The translations under genes and the position numbers were made by a program. Positions 53,227 through 63,099 of a stretch of 64,000 bases of DNA are shown in pieces. The notes under the pieces were generated by a model. The model did no database searches. It was given only the letters and a program-made list of their open reading frames with translations, and was not told the origin of the DNA. The stretch comes from an uncultured cyanobacterium (GTDB taxonomy: Bacteria > Cyanobacteriota > Cyanobacteriia > Cyanobacteriales > Nostocaceae): assembly GCA_963740315.1 (NCBI GenBank), contig CAVUDP010000002.1:3072001-3136000 (forward strand). Reading direction: 5' to 3'. How positions within the stretch are numbered: the first letter of the stretch is position 1; each line of letters begins with the position of its first letter.

Positions 53227-53256
53227 AGGTCTTTTCTCCAAATATAATATTCATAA

Positions 53257-53583
53257 ATGTTTTATGTAGCGCAAATTAATATTGGCACGAATATTGCTTC
53301 TTCGCTGGGTGTACTTAAAATAATCTTCTGCTTATTTTATTTGATATTTGGAATAATTCAATTAATACGAACTCGGAATAGACTTAGTAGCTCGGCTAAA
53401 ATATTTTATAGTATTCAATTAGTTGTTATACCGGCTTTTTTACTATTATCGGGTTCAATTTTAATATTTCAAGGCTGGCGATTAGATCCAATTTTACAGT
53501 TTCAACAACTTATATTATCTGCTTTAATTTTTTACTTGAGCTTAAAAGATATTGTAGTTAATAGGGTTGAGAGAAATAGATAA
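53257..53583 (+). CDS. Ycf66-family membrane protein
   Basis: AQINIG.N.AS.LG and ILIFQGWRLDPILQFQQ motifs. Confidence 0.8.
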   Translation: MFYVAQINIGTNIASSLGVLKIIFCLFYLIFGIIQLIRTRNRLSSSAKIFYSIQLVVIPAFLLLSGSILIFQGWRLDPILQFQQLILSALIFYLSLKDIVVNRVERNR

Positions 53584-53607
53584 TTTTATATCTTGCATTG
53601 CTAATAT

Positions 53608-54288
53608 TTAGGAATCTTGGCTCTGGGCTTCCAAGTATTCAAAATTAGGATAATCAAAAATCGAAGCCTCAATAGAATTAATATCATCCGCAGCCAAATT
53701 ATCTTTAAGTTTACCTGCAAAACCTGCCATCATAATATTATATTGACGAATAGTTGATGTTAGTCCTTGTAGATCGCGTTTATCCCAGTAACCACCTTCA
53801 TCACTAACATCACTAACAATTCCTAATTCATTTGCAGCATCAAGCATTTTTACAATCATTAGATGACACTTGAGGAAATTTTCTAATCCTCCATATTCGG
53901 GATTGCTAGCATATTGCGTTTTACAAAAACCCGTCCAATACCAATCATTAACTTCTTTAACTTCCGAATGAGTTGCTAAACCAAAAATAGGAGTTTCCGA
54001 ACCATCTCCCGGAAGCGAATCAAAACCAATAATATAAGTTGGATTTTTCCAAGAAAAAGCATTTAAAGCAATTTCTACTGGTTTTAAAGCTCTAATTTTA
54101 ATAAAAGCATAAGGATCGTTGATATCGTCTTTATCAAAATGACAATCATTCTCTGAAATTTCTACTAAATCATCAACACTTTTAAAAGGAAGTTTCAAAG
54201 CTAACTTGTGTAGAGCAATAACTTTTTCCCTTGCTTGCTCAACAGTTGCATCATTTAAACTAAACGTATAGTGAATCGTTAATCCCAT
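53608..54288 (-). CDS. Conserved hypothetical protein (MGLTIHY / FCKTQYA / VSDEG motifs)
   Basis: 226 aa ORF with GAGG RBS. Confidence 0.7.
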   Translation of the reverse strand: MGLTIHYTFSLNDATVEQAREKVIALHKLALKLPFKSVDDLVEISENDCHFDKDDINDPYAFIKIRALKPVEIALNAFSWKNPTYIIGFDSLPGDGSETPIFGLATHSEVKEVNDWYWTGFCKTQYASNPEYGGLENFLKCHLMIVKMLDAANELGIVSDVSDEGGYWDKRDLQGLTSTIRQYNIMMAGFAGKLKDNLAADDINSIEASIFDYPNFEYLEAQSQDS

Positions 54289-54427
54289 TAGACTTAAACC
54301 TCAATTTTTCTTGAAGTCTTGACGGATAATTCCGCTTTAATTCTTCAATATACTTTTTAGCCTACAAAGGTGGGCTTTGTAAATGTAGCGATACCCTTCG
54401 AGGGTATTGCTAACTCGTGATATTTTT

Positions 54428-55774
54428 CTAAAGCGTATAAGTAAAGTCTTCAACTAACATACCGGGAACCGTACTACCGCCAAGCTGACGATTTTCATAA
54501 GTTCCGACTTCGGGAATGAATTCATGTCGATCGGTAAAATCTATTAATTTATCTCCCCAGAAACTGTATAAACTATCATCAAAACGCAAATCTTCTATCG
54601 GTGCGACAATTTCGCCGTCAGCAACCCAGAAGCAAGCATAACGAGTCATTCCCGTGATTCTGCCAGAAGGGCGATCGCTCCAATTGAGGTAATGCAAATT
54701 TGATACATATAGTCCAGTGCCTAAGCTCGATAAAATATCCTTGGATGCTAAATTTCCCATACTCACTTCTGGCGCACGTAAAGTTTCGGAACTATTAGCA
54801 CCATTTGTATTTTTGCAGTATTCTTTAGCGGTACGAGAGTTAACTAAGGTATTTAAGAAAACACCTTTTTCGATTAAATTTAACTTTAAAGGAGCAATTT
54901 CGCCCCAATCGTTGAAACGAGGAACTAAACCAGTTTCAAAATTTTCTCGCAAATTGAATTTTGGAGAAAGCGTTTTTTCTTGACTCTCTAGCATTGCTAA
55001 AGCGCTGTTACCTTGTTGGATATCGGCTTCGCTTAAACCTCCCCAAGAAAGCATTGTTAACAATTCTGCAACCGCAGCAGGTGCAAAATAAGTTTTGTAA
55101 TGTCCTGGCGGCAATTCTTTTGAAGGATGAGAAAGTAATTTTAATTGCTGTTTGGCTTGAGAAATTTTATCTATATAAACTTGATTATTCCAACTATTTC
55201 CCGCAAAAAAACCTTTAACAGCTTGTCCGGATTCGGTAAATATTGAGTAGTCTAACGTAAAAGTATCGGTACTAAACCAATGTTTTTTACCACCCGAATC
55301 AGCATAACCTTGACTTACAACACCACCTGCATAAAATCCCGTAAAATCTAATTCTGTAACTGCTTCTAAGACAGTTTTAGCAACTTCCTCATCAGCCAAC
55401 AAATTACCCGAATAGATTTCACGACTAGCCTCATCTCCCGAAGGTAAAACTTGATGTGGGTCTATAGGTAATAATAGTATTTCTTCCCGTAATTCCTGCA
55501 AATAACCATAGGTTCGCTGCCAATCAACTTCCCAATTGCCTAAAATGGGAAAAACGCGAAAAATACTACGTTGACTTGAAATTAAAGTCAGTTCAATCCA
55601 ACCATCTGCCACAACACCAGTTTGTCGCACCAACGCATGATTAAACCGAGTAAATTGACTGCGCTCCCTATTTAGTTTAAAAGTAAATTCTTCATCTGGT
55701 TTCTTCTTATCTAAAAGACACTCAAACAATCGGTTAAAGGTGGCTTCTAAAGCAGATATATCTTCTTTCTTCAT
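54428..55774 (-). CDS. TldE/PmbA-family protein
   Basis: TRFN, YFAPAAV, LHYLNWSD..GRITGMTR; follows tldD. Confidence 0.88.
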   Translation of the reverse strand: MKKEDISALEATFNRLFECLLDKKKPDEEFTFKLNRERSQFTRFNHALVRQTGVVADGWIELTLISSQRSIFRVFPILGNWEVDWQRTYGYLQELREEILLLPIDPHQVLPSGDEASREIYSGNLLADEEVAKTVLEAVTELDFTGFYAGGVVSQGYADSGGKKHWFSTDTFTLDYSIFTESGQAVKGFFAGNSWNNQVYIDKISQAKQQLKLLSHPSKELPPGHYKTYFAPAAVAELLTMLSWGGLSEADIQQGNSALAMLESQEKTLSPKFNLRENFETGLVPRFNDWGEIAPLKLNLIEKGVFLNTLVNSRTAKEYCKNTNGANSSETLRAPEVSMGNLASKDILSSLGTGLYVSNLHYLNWSDRPSGRITGMTRYACFWVADGEIVAPIEDLRFDDSLYSFWGDKLIDFTDRHEFIPEVGTYENRQLGGSTVPGMLVEDFTYTL

Positions 55775-55933
55775 AAAAGTAATACAGTCAAATGGATTTT
55801 AGATTTTGGATTTTGTATTTTGTATTAAGCATGGGGAATGGGGCATAGGTTAAAGGTCTGCATGTTAAAGGTCTGCATGTTAAAATTCCCCTTGTCTCCC
55901 CATCTCCCCATCCCCTTGTCTCCCCTTCTCTCC

Positions 55934-57373
55934 CTAACTCCCTCCTCCGAAAACTTCGACATTTGTAAACAAACAAACCGGAGAACCATGTCCTACAGAA
56001 ATTGCTTGATTTGGCTCTCCCTTACCGCAGTAAGCAGTACCGTACATTTTCCAAGTGGATTCGTTTCCTACTTTGATTAAACTCTGCCAAAATTCTGGGG
56101 TAGTAGCTCGATAGTTGGGGTTGCGGAGGGTTTTTGTGAGCTTACCATTTTCAATCAATTTACCGTATTCGCAACCAAATTGAAATTTATATCGACGGTC
56201 ATCTATTGACCAAGAACGGTTAGATTCCATGTAAACGCCATGTTCTATACTGCCGATGATTTCTTCAAAGCTGGCTGAACCTGGTTCTAAATTCAAGTTT
56301 GCCATGCGATCGATTGGCGGTCTATTCCAAGAACAAGCGCGGGCGCAAGCAACCCCGTCAATACCGCTTCTAGCTTGACTTTCCAGACTTCCCAAACCCC
56401 GCTGCAACACACCTTCTTTAATTACGTATTCCTTTGTTGCGATCGCACCTGTATCATCAAAACCGTAGCTAGCAAATTCACCTTTGACAGTAGGGTCAAA
56501 AGTAATATTCATTACAGGAGAACCGTACCCCAAACTGCCGAAATCATCCGTTTTTACAAAACTACCACCGGCATAGTTCCGCTCATCGCCTAAAATCCGG
56601 TCAATTTCTAAAGGATGTCCGACACTTTCATGAATTTGTAACATCATTTGATCTGATGCTAATACCAAATTAGTGCGTGTATTTGGGCATTCTTGTGCCG
56701 TCAACAGTTCCACGGCTTGCTCGCCAATTTGTCGCACGCGGAACCATAAATCCTTTTCCTTAAAGTCCAAAACTCCTTGATAGCAATGCGCCGACCAACC
56801 ATTATTAGTCCGCTGCTGGACAATCGATCCATCTTGTGCGGTAGCTCCGAAATGAGTGCTAAATAACAATAATTTTTGATAAATTTCTGAGCCGTTACTG
56901 CTAATAAACCAAGTATTCTTTTCAGTAGTCGTAACGCTAGCAGTAGTCTGAACAATTTTGTCATCAACTTTTAACGTTTTGCAGATACGCATCAGCAAAT
57001 CATTAACTTCACTTAGACTCAAACTATCCTGAGTATAAACCGATGGCGAAATATATTCACCTATAACTTTCGGGCGTTCGCGCATCTTTTGAAATGGATG
57101 TATCCACCATTCACTAGCAGCAAGTGCCTGCTTATACGCAGTTTCCGCAGTTGCTTGCAAAGAATCAAGTTCTAGAGAATTAGTAGCCCCATAGCCCAGA
57201 CAGCCATTAACCAAGACTTCTACCATTGCTCCCATAGTGGAAGACTTGCCATTGCTTTGAGGTAAACCATCCCGGACAAAACGAGTTGACGAAGTTTCTT
57301 CAACCGCTCTGATACCAATCCAGTCAGCAGAAACATCTATATTCTTGATTGCTTTTTTTAATTCAGACCACAT
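55934..57373 (-). CDS. tldD: TldD-family metalloprotease
   Basis: HESVGHPLE zinc motif, DRMANL, CGKGEP. Confidence 0.92.
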   Translation of the reverse strand: MWSELKKAIKNIDVSADWIGIRAVEETSSTRFVRDGLPQSNGKSSTMGAMVEVLVNGCLGYGATNSLELDSLQATAETAYKQALAASEWWIHPFQKMRERPKVIGEYISPSVYTQDSLSLSEVNDLLMRICKTLKVDDKIVQTTASVTTTEKNTWFISSNGSEIYQKLLLFSTHFGATAQDGSIVQQRTNNGWSAHCYQGVLDFKEKDLWFRVRQIGEQAVELLTAQECPNTRTNLVLASDQMMLQIHESVGHPLEIDRILGDERNYAGGSFVKTDDFGSLGYGSPVMNITFDPTVKGEFASYGFDDTGAIATKEYVIKEGVLQRGLGSLESQARSGIDGVACARACSWNRPPIDRMANLNLEPGSASFEEIIGSIEHGVYMESNRSWSIDDRRYKFQFGCEYGKLIENGKLTKTLRNPNYRATTPEFWQSLIKVGNESTWKMYGTAYCGKGEPNQAISVGHGSPVCLFTNVEVFGGGS

Positions 57374-57475
57374 ACTGCAAAAATTAGTTGTGAGGTAGGG
57401 GAGATTATATTATTTACTACAAAACGTCAACTTTTACAGCAATGATTTGTTAAGTTTTTTCTTTTTTTATAAAAA

Positions 57476-57700
57476 ATGGGAGAGGGGAGAGGGGGAGATG
57501 GGGAGAGGGGGAGATGGGGAGAGGGGGAGATGGGGAGAGGGGGAGATGGGGAGAGGGGGAGATGGGGAGAGGGGGAGATGGGGAGAGGGGGAGATGGGGA
57601 GATGGGGAGATGGGGAGAGGGGGAGATGGGGAGAGGGGGAGATGGGGAGATGGGGAGATGGGGAGATGGGGGGAATTTTAACCTTTAACCTTTAACCTTA
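57476..57700. repeat. Long G-rich STRR array (ggggagat/ggggagag) followed by taacctt units
   Basis: About 200 bp of continuous G-run octamers. Confidence 0.95.
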
Positions 57701-57701
57701 A

Positions 57702-58790
57702 TTACTGTTTGCTGCTCACTGCTAACTGATTGCCAAACTTCTTTTGGGCTGATAATTTTGGTTGAAGATACAAGTTTTCTAAAAGTACTGTAATACCTGC
57801 TACCCAAGGGGGGATAATCACAGCCCCGATAATTCCTAAAACTTGGGTTCCGCCCAATACAGCTAAAAGTTGATAAAACGGGTGAACTCGCACCGAAGAA
57901 CCAACTAATAAAGGATCTAATACATAAGATTCAACATTTTGAATAATTACGAATAATAATAATACCCATAAAAAAGTTAATCCTCCTTGGGGGATGGCAA
58001 CAATCAAAGCCGGAATCGCTCCCAAAACTGGACCAACGAACGGTATAAAATTAGTAAACGCTGCGATCGTACCTAACGCTAAGGCAAATTCCGAAAGTCC
58101 TAGAACTCGTAAAGCAAGGGTAATCGCAACACCTAAAATCAGCGAAACCAAAACCCTTCCTTGAACGTATCCACCCATCCGCCGAGAAATTGGTAAAACT
58201 TGTGCTTTGAGACGTTCATCCCACGGTTCTGGAAACAAGTTTACCAAACCCTCAATCAAACTTTTGCTTCCAGCAGCCATATAGCCAGAAATTACTACAG
58301 CCAAAATTAAATTTACCGCAGCGCCGAGAATACCAAAAGTTACCCCAAAAGAACGTACAACTAACTTTTGACTCGAACTAAACAACCCATTAGTAAGCGC
58401 TTGGAGATCGAAGAATTGTTCTATAACTTCTAGCTGTGTAATTCCGACTCGCGTTGCTAAATCTTCGACAGTTATAGTCAAATTATCCAAATAAACCGGA
58501 AATCTGCGGGCTAATCGCTGGATTTGTTCGGAAACAGAAGGACCAATTAATAAACCAATTACAATCAATCCCCCAATCAAACCTAGATAAAACAAAATAA
58601 CACCCAACCATCGCGGAAAACGCCATCTTTCGAGCGCATCAACAAAAGGCGTAATAGTCGCCGCCAATACCGTAGCAATCATCAAAGTTAACAATAAACT
58701 CCGTAATTGCCACAGTAAAATAACCAGAAAAAATCCAGCAATAATTAGTAGAACATCGTACAGATTCAAAGATTTACGCTTTTCAAACAT
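57702..58790 (-). CDS. AI-2E family (PerM/UPF0118) transporter
   Basis: Hydrophobic; GYVQGR, FIPFVGP, QNVESYVLDP, HP motifs; start placed at MFEK. Confidence 0.9.
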   Translation of the reverse strand: MFEKRKSLNLYDVLLIIAGFFLVILLWQLRSLLLTLMIATVLAATITPFVDALERWRFPRWLGVILFYLGLIGGLIVIGLLIGPSVSEQIQRLARRFPVYLDNLTITVEDLATRVGITQLEVIEQFFDLQALTNGLFSSSQKLVVRSFGVTFGILGAAVNLILAVVISGYMAAGSKSLIEGLVNLFPEPWDERLKAQVLPISRRMGGYVQGRVLVSLILGVAITLALRVLGLSEFALALGTIAAFTNFIPFVGPVLGAIPALIVAIPQGGLTFLWVLLLFVIIQNVESYVLDPLLVGSSVRVHPFYQLLAVLGGTQVLGIIGAVIIPPWVAGITVLLENLYLQPKLSAQKKFGNQLAVSSKQ

Positions 58791-58990
58791 GGTGATGGGG
58801 AGAGGGGGGATGGGGAAATGGGGAGAAGGGGTGATGGGGGGATGGGGGGATGGGGAGATGGGGAGACAAGGAGAAGAGAGCGGAGGAGGAGGCGGAGGAG
58901 GCAAGGGAATAATTAATAACTGCTCACTGCTCACTGCTCACTGCTCACTGCTCACTGCTCACTGCTCACTGCTCACTGCTCACTGCTCAC
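58791..58990. repeat. STRR arrays (G-rich octamers; about 10 x ctgctca)
   Basis: Direct tandem units. Confidence 0.92.
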
Positions 58991-60444
58991 TAATTCCTGT
59001 GCCATTTCGTGCCTTCTTTACTATCAATTAAGGCAATACCTTGAGATTGCAATTCGTCGCGGATGCGATCGGATTCGGCGAAGTTTTTAGTTTTCCTGGC
59101 TTCTTTTCTTTGTTGAATCAGCGCTTCAATTTGTTCGTCGCTTAAACCGTCATCCGTTGTCGCCGCTTCCGATTCTATTTGAGCTTCTAATCCAAGTACA
59201 TCAGCTAATGTAACTAATGTTTGCCACATTTTTTGTAATTCTTCAGGTGCGGTTTCTGTTTTACCTTGATGAACCAAGATATTGCCTTCTTTACCAAGCT
59301 CTTTCGCTAGTTCAAACAATACACTTAAACCGCTAGAAAAATTAAAGTCATTATTTACAGCTTCTCGAAAACGCTCAATATAAGAATTTTCTTCCGCTTG
59401 TCCTCTTATTTCCTTGCCCCAGTCTAATTGTTCGCCATATTTATTCCCAAAAACCAACCCTTCTTTGAGAGTATTCCAACCGTTTGTAGCAGCAGTAATG
59501 GCTTCGTCGGTAAAGTCAATGGGTTTGCGGTACTGTGCCGTAAGTACAAACAAACGCACAGCCATTGGGTTAACGCCGCGATCGAGTAGTTGGCGAATAG
59601 TAATAAAGTTGCCCAGTGATTTGGACATTTTTTCACCGTCAACTTTCACCATGCCGTTGTGCAGCCAAAAATTAGCTAAAGGTTTACCCGTGACGGCTTC
59701 GGATTGAGCAATTTCGTTTTCGTGGTGGGGGAATATTAAATCGGCACCACCTGCATGAATATCGATGGTTTCGCCAAGACGCTCTCTAACCATTGCAGAG
59801 CATTCAATGTGCCATCCCGGACGACCTTTTCCCCAAGGTGAATCCCAAGCGGGTTCTTCGGGCTTTGCTGCTTTCCACAAAGCAAAGTCAAACTGATATC
59901 TTTTTTTCTGATATTCCGCGTCTTCTAGATTTACCCTTTCGCTAGCACCAGCTTGCATATCTGACAATTTACGTCCGGAAAGCTTGCCGTATCCATCAAA
60001 TTTCTGTACGGCATAGTAAACATCCCCGCTCGACGGATAAGCATAATCTTTGTTTTCCAACTCGTGAATTAATCGCTTAATTCCATCCATCGTTTGAGTA
60101 GCGCGGGGATATTCGTCGGCTTCTTTGACGTTCAAACGCGCCATATCGTCAAAATACGCTTTGATATATTTTTCGGCTACAGCTTCCATCGATGAGTTTT
60201 CTTGTCGCGATCGCTTCAAAATTTTATCGTCAACATCGGTAAAATTCTGCACGTAACGGACTTGATAACCGCTAAATTGTAAATAGCGCCTTACCACATC
60301 CCAAACAATGCAAGCTCTAGCATGACCCAAATGGCAGTAATCATAAACCGTCACCCCGCAGTAATACATCTTAACTTTCTGCGGTTCTACTGTTGTAAAG
60401 GCTTCTTGGCGACGGGTGAGACTGTTGTAAACTGTTAGGGTCAT
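58990..60444 (-). CDS. cysS: Cysteine-tRNA ligase
   Basis: CGVTVYD..HLGHAR, GRPGWHIECSAM, KMSKS. Confidence 0.97.
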   Translation of the reverse strand: MTLTVYNSLTRRQEAFTTVEPQKVKMYYCGVTVYDYCHLGHARACIVWDVVRRYLQFSGYQVRYVQNFTDVDDKILKRSRQENSSMEAVAEKYIKAYFDDMARLNVKEADEYPRATQTMDGIKRLIHELENKDYAYPSSGDVYYAVQKFDGYGKLSGRKLSDMQAGASERVNLEDAEYQKKRYQFDFALWKAAKPEEPAWDSPWGKGRPGWHIECSAMVRERLGETIDIHAGGADLIFPHHENEIAQSEAVTGKPLANFWLHNGMVKVDGEKMSKSLGNFITIRQLLDRGVNPMAVRLFVLTAQYRKPIDFTDEAITAATNGWNTLKEGLVFGNKYGEQLDWGKEIRGQAEENSYIERFREAVNNDFNFSSGLSVLFELAKELGKEGNILVHQGKTETAPEELQKMWQTLVTLADVLGLEAQIESEAATTDDGLSDEQIEALIQQRKEARKTKNFAESDRIRDELQSQGIALIDSKEGTKWHRN

Positions 60445-60593
60445 GACTAATTAATTCTTAAATATAAAATACGCAATAATTAGGTTAAAGCAGTTGGGGT
60501 GACATTAACGCATCCCCATTCTAGAGTTTCACGTTACAACCTGCGTTACATTATTATTTTTAATTCTTTTCGATTTCATTAACTCTTCTCACC

Positions 60594-61727
60594 ATGCAAT
60601 CATCAGTTTCAGAATCTCAGACAATGGAAGCACCAAAAAAAGGATTACCAGTCACAATTATTACTGGATTCCTCGGTAGTGGTAAGACAACTTTACTCAA
60701 TCATATCTTGACCAATCAGCAAGGTTTGAAAACTGCTGTTTTGGTAAATGAATTTGGCGAAATTGGCATCGATAACGAGTTGGTTGTCGCCACCGACGAG
60801 AATATGGTGGAGTTAAACAACGGCTGTATCTGCTGTACCATCAATAGCGATTTGGTGGATGCGGTTTACAAAGTGATGGAACGCCAGGAAAATATTGATT
60901 ATCTGGTTGTAGAAACAACGGGTTTAGCAGATCCCTTACCCGTCGCATTGACCTTTTTAGGAACCGAATTACGAGATTTAACTCGCTTGGATTCCATTGT
61001 TACTTTAGTAGACGCAGCTAATTACAGCTTAGATTTATTCAACTCCGAAGCTGCTTTTAGTCAAATTGCCTACGGTGATGTAATTGTTCTCAACAAAGCC
61101 GATTTAGTTGATGAAGCCGATTTAGATACTTTAGAAGTAAAAATTCGGGACATCAAAGAAGGAGCAAGAATTCTTCGTACCACAAAATCGCAAGTACCTT
61201 TACCTTTAATTCTTAGCGTCGGTTTGTTCGAGACAGATAAGTATTTTGACTCTGCGGAAGAACACAACCACGACCATCACGAACACGAACATCACGAACA
61301 CGATCATCACGAACACGACCATCACGACCATTCAGAATGCACTCACGAAGACCACGACCACCACGACCATCATGACCACGACCATCATTCCCACCACTTA
61401 GAAAATGATGGTTTTACATCAGTATCATTCCAGACTGACAAACCTTTATCTATCCGTAAATTTCAGTATTTTCTAGATAACCAGCTTCCCGACAACATTT
61501 TCCGTGGCAAGGGAATTCTCTGGTTTGACGAAAGTCCCAAAAGACACATATTCCACCTTTGCGGTAAACGCTTTACCCTTGATGATGACGAGTGGAAAGG
61601 CGAAAAGCAAAAGAAAAATCAGTTAGTGCTAATTGGTCAAAATTTGGACGAAGAAGGTTTATTAAAGCAGATACAAAATTGCGTGTGTATTCCTTCTGCT
61701 AGTAAAGGTAAAGGATTTGGCAAGTAA
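60594..61727 (+). CDS. CobW/COG0523 metallochaperone GTPase with His-rich insert
   Basis: GFLGSGKTT, NEFGE, GCICC, ETTG, His/Asp tract around 61262-61398. Confidence 0.93.
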   Translation: MQSSVSESQTMEAPKKGLPVTIITGFLGSGKTTLLNHILTNQQGLKTAVLVNEFGEIGIDNELVVATDENMVELNNGCICCTINSDLVDAVYKVMERQENIDYLVVETTGLADPLPVALTFLGTELRDLTRLDSIVTLVDAANYSLDLFNSEAAFSQIAYGDVIVLNKADLVDEADLDTLEVKIRDIKEGARILRTTKSQVPLPLILSVGLFETDKYFDSAEEHNHDHHEHEHHEHDHHEHDHHDHSECTHEDHDHHDHHDHDHHSHHLENDGFTSVSFQTDKPLSIRKFQYFLDNQLPDNIFRGKGILWFDESPKRHIFHLCGKRFTLDDDEWKGEKQKKNQLVLIGQNLDEEGLLKQIQNCVCIPSASKGKGFGK

Positions 61728-61740
61728 TTGAGAATAAATA

Positions 61741-61860
61741 AAGGTTCGTAGTAAGGACTTTAGTCCTCCAAAGTTCGTAGTAAGGACTTTAGTCCTCCAA
61801 AGTTCGTAGTAAAGACTTTAGTCCTCCAAAGAAAGGGCTGAAGCCCTTACTACGAACCTT
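61741..61860. repeat. 3 x 29-bp tandem left arm of a REP-like element plus a single inverted right arm
   Basis: gttcgtagtaaggactttagtcctccaaa at 61744, 61773, 61802; agggctgaagcccttactacgaac closing arm. Confidence 0.9.
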
Positions 61861-61880
61861 TGTTGATAATTGTTGTATTC

Positions 61881-62330
61881 ATGCGCGTAATTATCCAGCG
61901 AGTAAAATCATCTCAAGTTGCCGTTAATGGTGAAATTATCGGCAGTATTGGCATTGGACTTAATTTACTGGTGGCGATCGCCGATAGTGACACGGAAGCA
62001 GAATTAGAATGGATGGCGCGTAAATGTTTGGATTTACGGTTGTTTCCCTCGACTGAAAATAAACCTTGGCAAAAATCTATATTAGAAATCGGTGGTGAGT
62101 TATTAGTTGTGAGCCAGTTTACTCTTTACGGAGATTGTCGTAAAGGTCGCCGTCCCTCGTTTGACGGTTCTGCATCTCCGAAAATTGCCGAAAATCTATA
62201 TAATTGCTTTGTAGAAAAGTTGCGTGCTAGTGGTTTGCGAGTAGAAACGGGTAAATTTGGTGCAATGATGCAAGTCTCGATTGAAAACGATGGACCCGTC
62301 ACTTTGATACTCGAACGTGAGGCAGACTAA
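61881..62330 (+). CDS. dtd: D-aminoacyl-tRNA deacylase
   Basis: [27 protein letters not shown]. Confidence 0.96.
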   Translation: MRVIIQRVKSSQVAVNGEIIGSIGIGLNLLVAIADSDTEAELEWMARKCLDLRLFPSTENKPWQKSILEIGGELLVVSQFTLYGDCRKGRRPSFDGSASPKIAENLYNCFVEKLRASGLRVETGKFGAMMQVSIENDGPVTLILEREAD

Positions 62331-62525
62331 GAATTTACACGTAAATATTTACATCGAATCAGCACGGGTAAATCAAGTTCGATCCCGATTAATAATAATT
62401 AAAACTCTTTAAATTCTTACCTTGCAAAGGATTACGAGCATCATTTGAATTAAATATTACACCTTGGTTCTAAATGATGAGAGAATAATAGTTTAATCAT
62501 CTGAAGATTTTAAATTACAAGCATC

Positions 62526-62861
62526 ATGGCAAAAATACAGTTCTCCAGAGGTGTCAACGAAGAAGTCGTTCCGGAAGTGCGTTTAACACGTTCCCGTAGT
62601 GGAGATAGCGGTACAGCAACGTTTATTTTTAAAGATCCGAAAGCTCTAGCCGAAGGAAGCACGGATGAAATTACTGGAATGTACATGGTTGACGAAGAAG
62701 GAGAAATCGTCACCCGCGAAGTTAAAGGTAAATTTATCAACGGTAAACCTTCAGGTTTAGAAGCAATTTATTTAATGAAATCTGCTGACGAATGGGAGCG
62801 TTTTATGCGATTTATGGATCGCTATGCTAAAGAGAACGAACTGGGATTAGATAAGAGCTAA
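62526..62861 (+). CDS. psb28: Photosystem II assembly factor Psb28
   Basis: [35 protein letters not shown]. Confidence 0.96.
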   Translation: MAKIQFSRGVNEEVVPEVRLTRSRSGDSGTATFIFKDPKALAEGSTDEITGMYMVDEEGEIVTREVKGKFINGKPSGLEAIYLMKSADEWERFMRFMDRYAKENELGLDKS

Positions 62862-62867
62862 AAGTAA

Positions 62868-63020
62868 CTAAGGTTAAAGGTTAAAGGTTAAAGGTTAAAG
62901 GTTAAAGGTTAAAGGTTAAAGGTTAAGAGTTAGGACTACCGGAGTTAAGAATTTCTCCTTGTTCCCTTGTCTCCCCCTCTCCCCATCCCCCATCCCCTAT
63001 GCCCTATTACCAATTCCCAA
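62868..63020. repeat. Composite STRR array between convergent psb28 and mraY
   Basis: About 8 x aaggtta, then gagtta, ccttgt, ccccat units. Confidence 0.9.
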
Positions 63021-63099
63021 ACCATATACATTAAAAAACAATCCTCACATATAGTAAGGATTGTTTTAATTAAAGTTTATTCAGTTATCTTAAAAAAAC

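Noticed and set aside
54428..57373. RiPP cluster around tldD/tldE
   Set aside because: No precursor peptide or YcaO/modifying enzyme nearby; tldDE pairs are common
57447..57695. Gly/Arg/Trp-rich short ORFs (also 15383, 38150, 50588, 58789, 2685, 2751)
   Set aside because: Translations of STRR or REP tandem arrays, not credible proteins
57702..58934. Pro-rich N-terminal extensions on AI-2E, Maf and MIF ORFs
   Set aside because: Extensions read through STRR arrays; downstream ATGs match family starts
60445..60593. Zur box or cobalamin riboswitch upstream of the CobW-type gene
   Set aside because: No TGATAATnATTATCA-like palindrome or B12-box recognised; gttaca direct repeats have a 12-nt period, unlike HLR1
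61741..61860. Possible CRISPR array (29-bp repeat starting GTT)
   Set aside because: Head-to-tail units without spacers, closed by an inverted arm; REP-like
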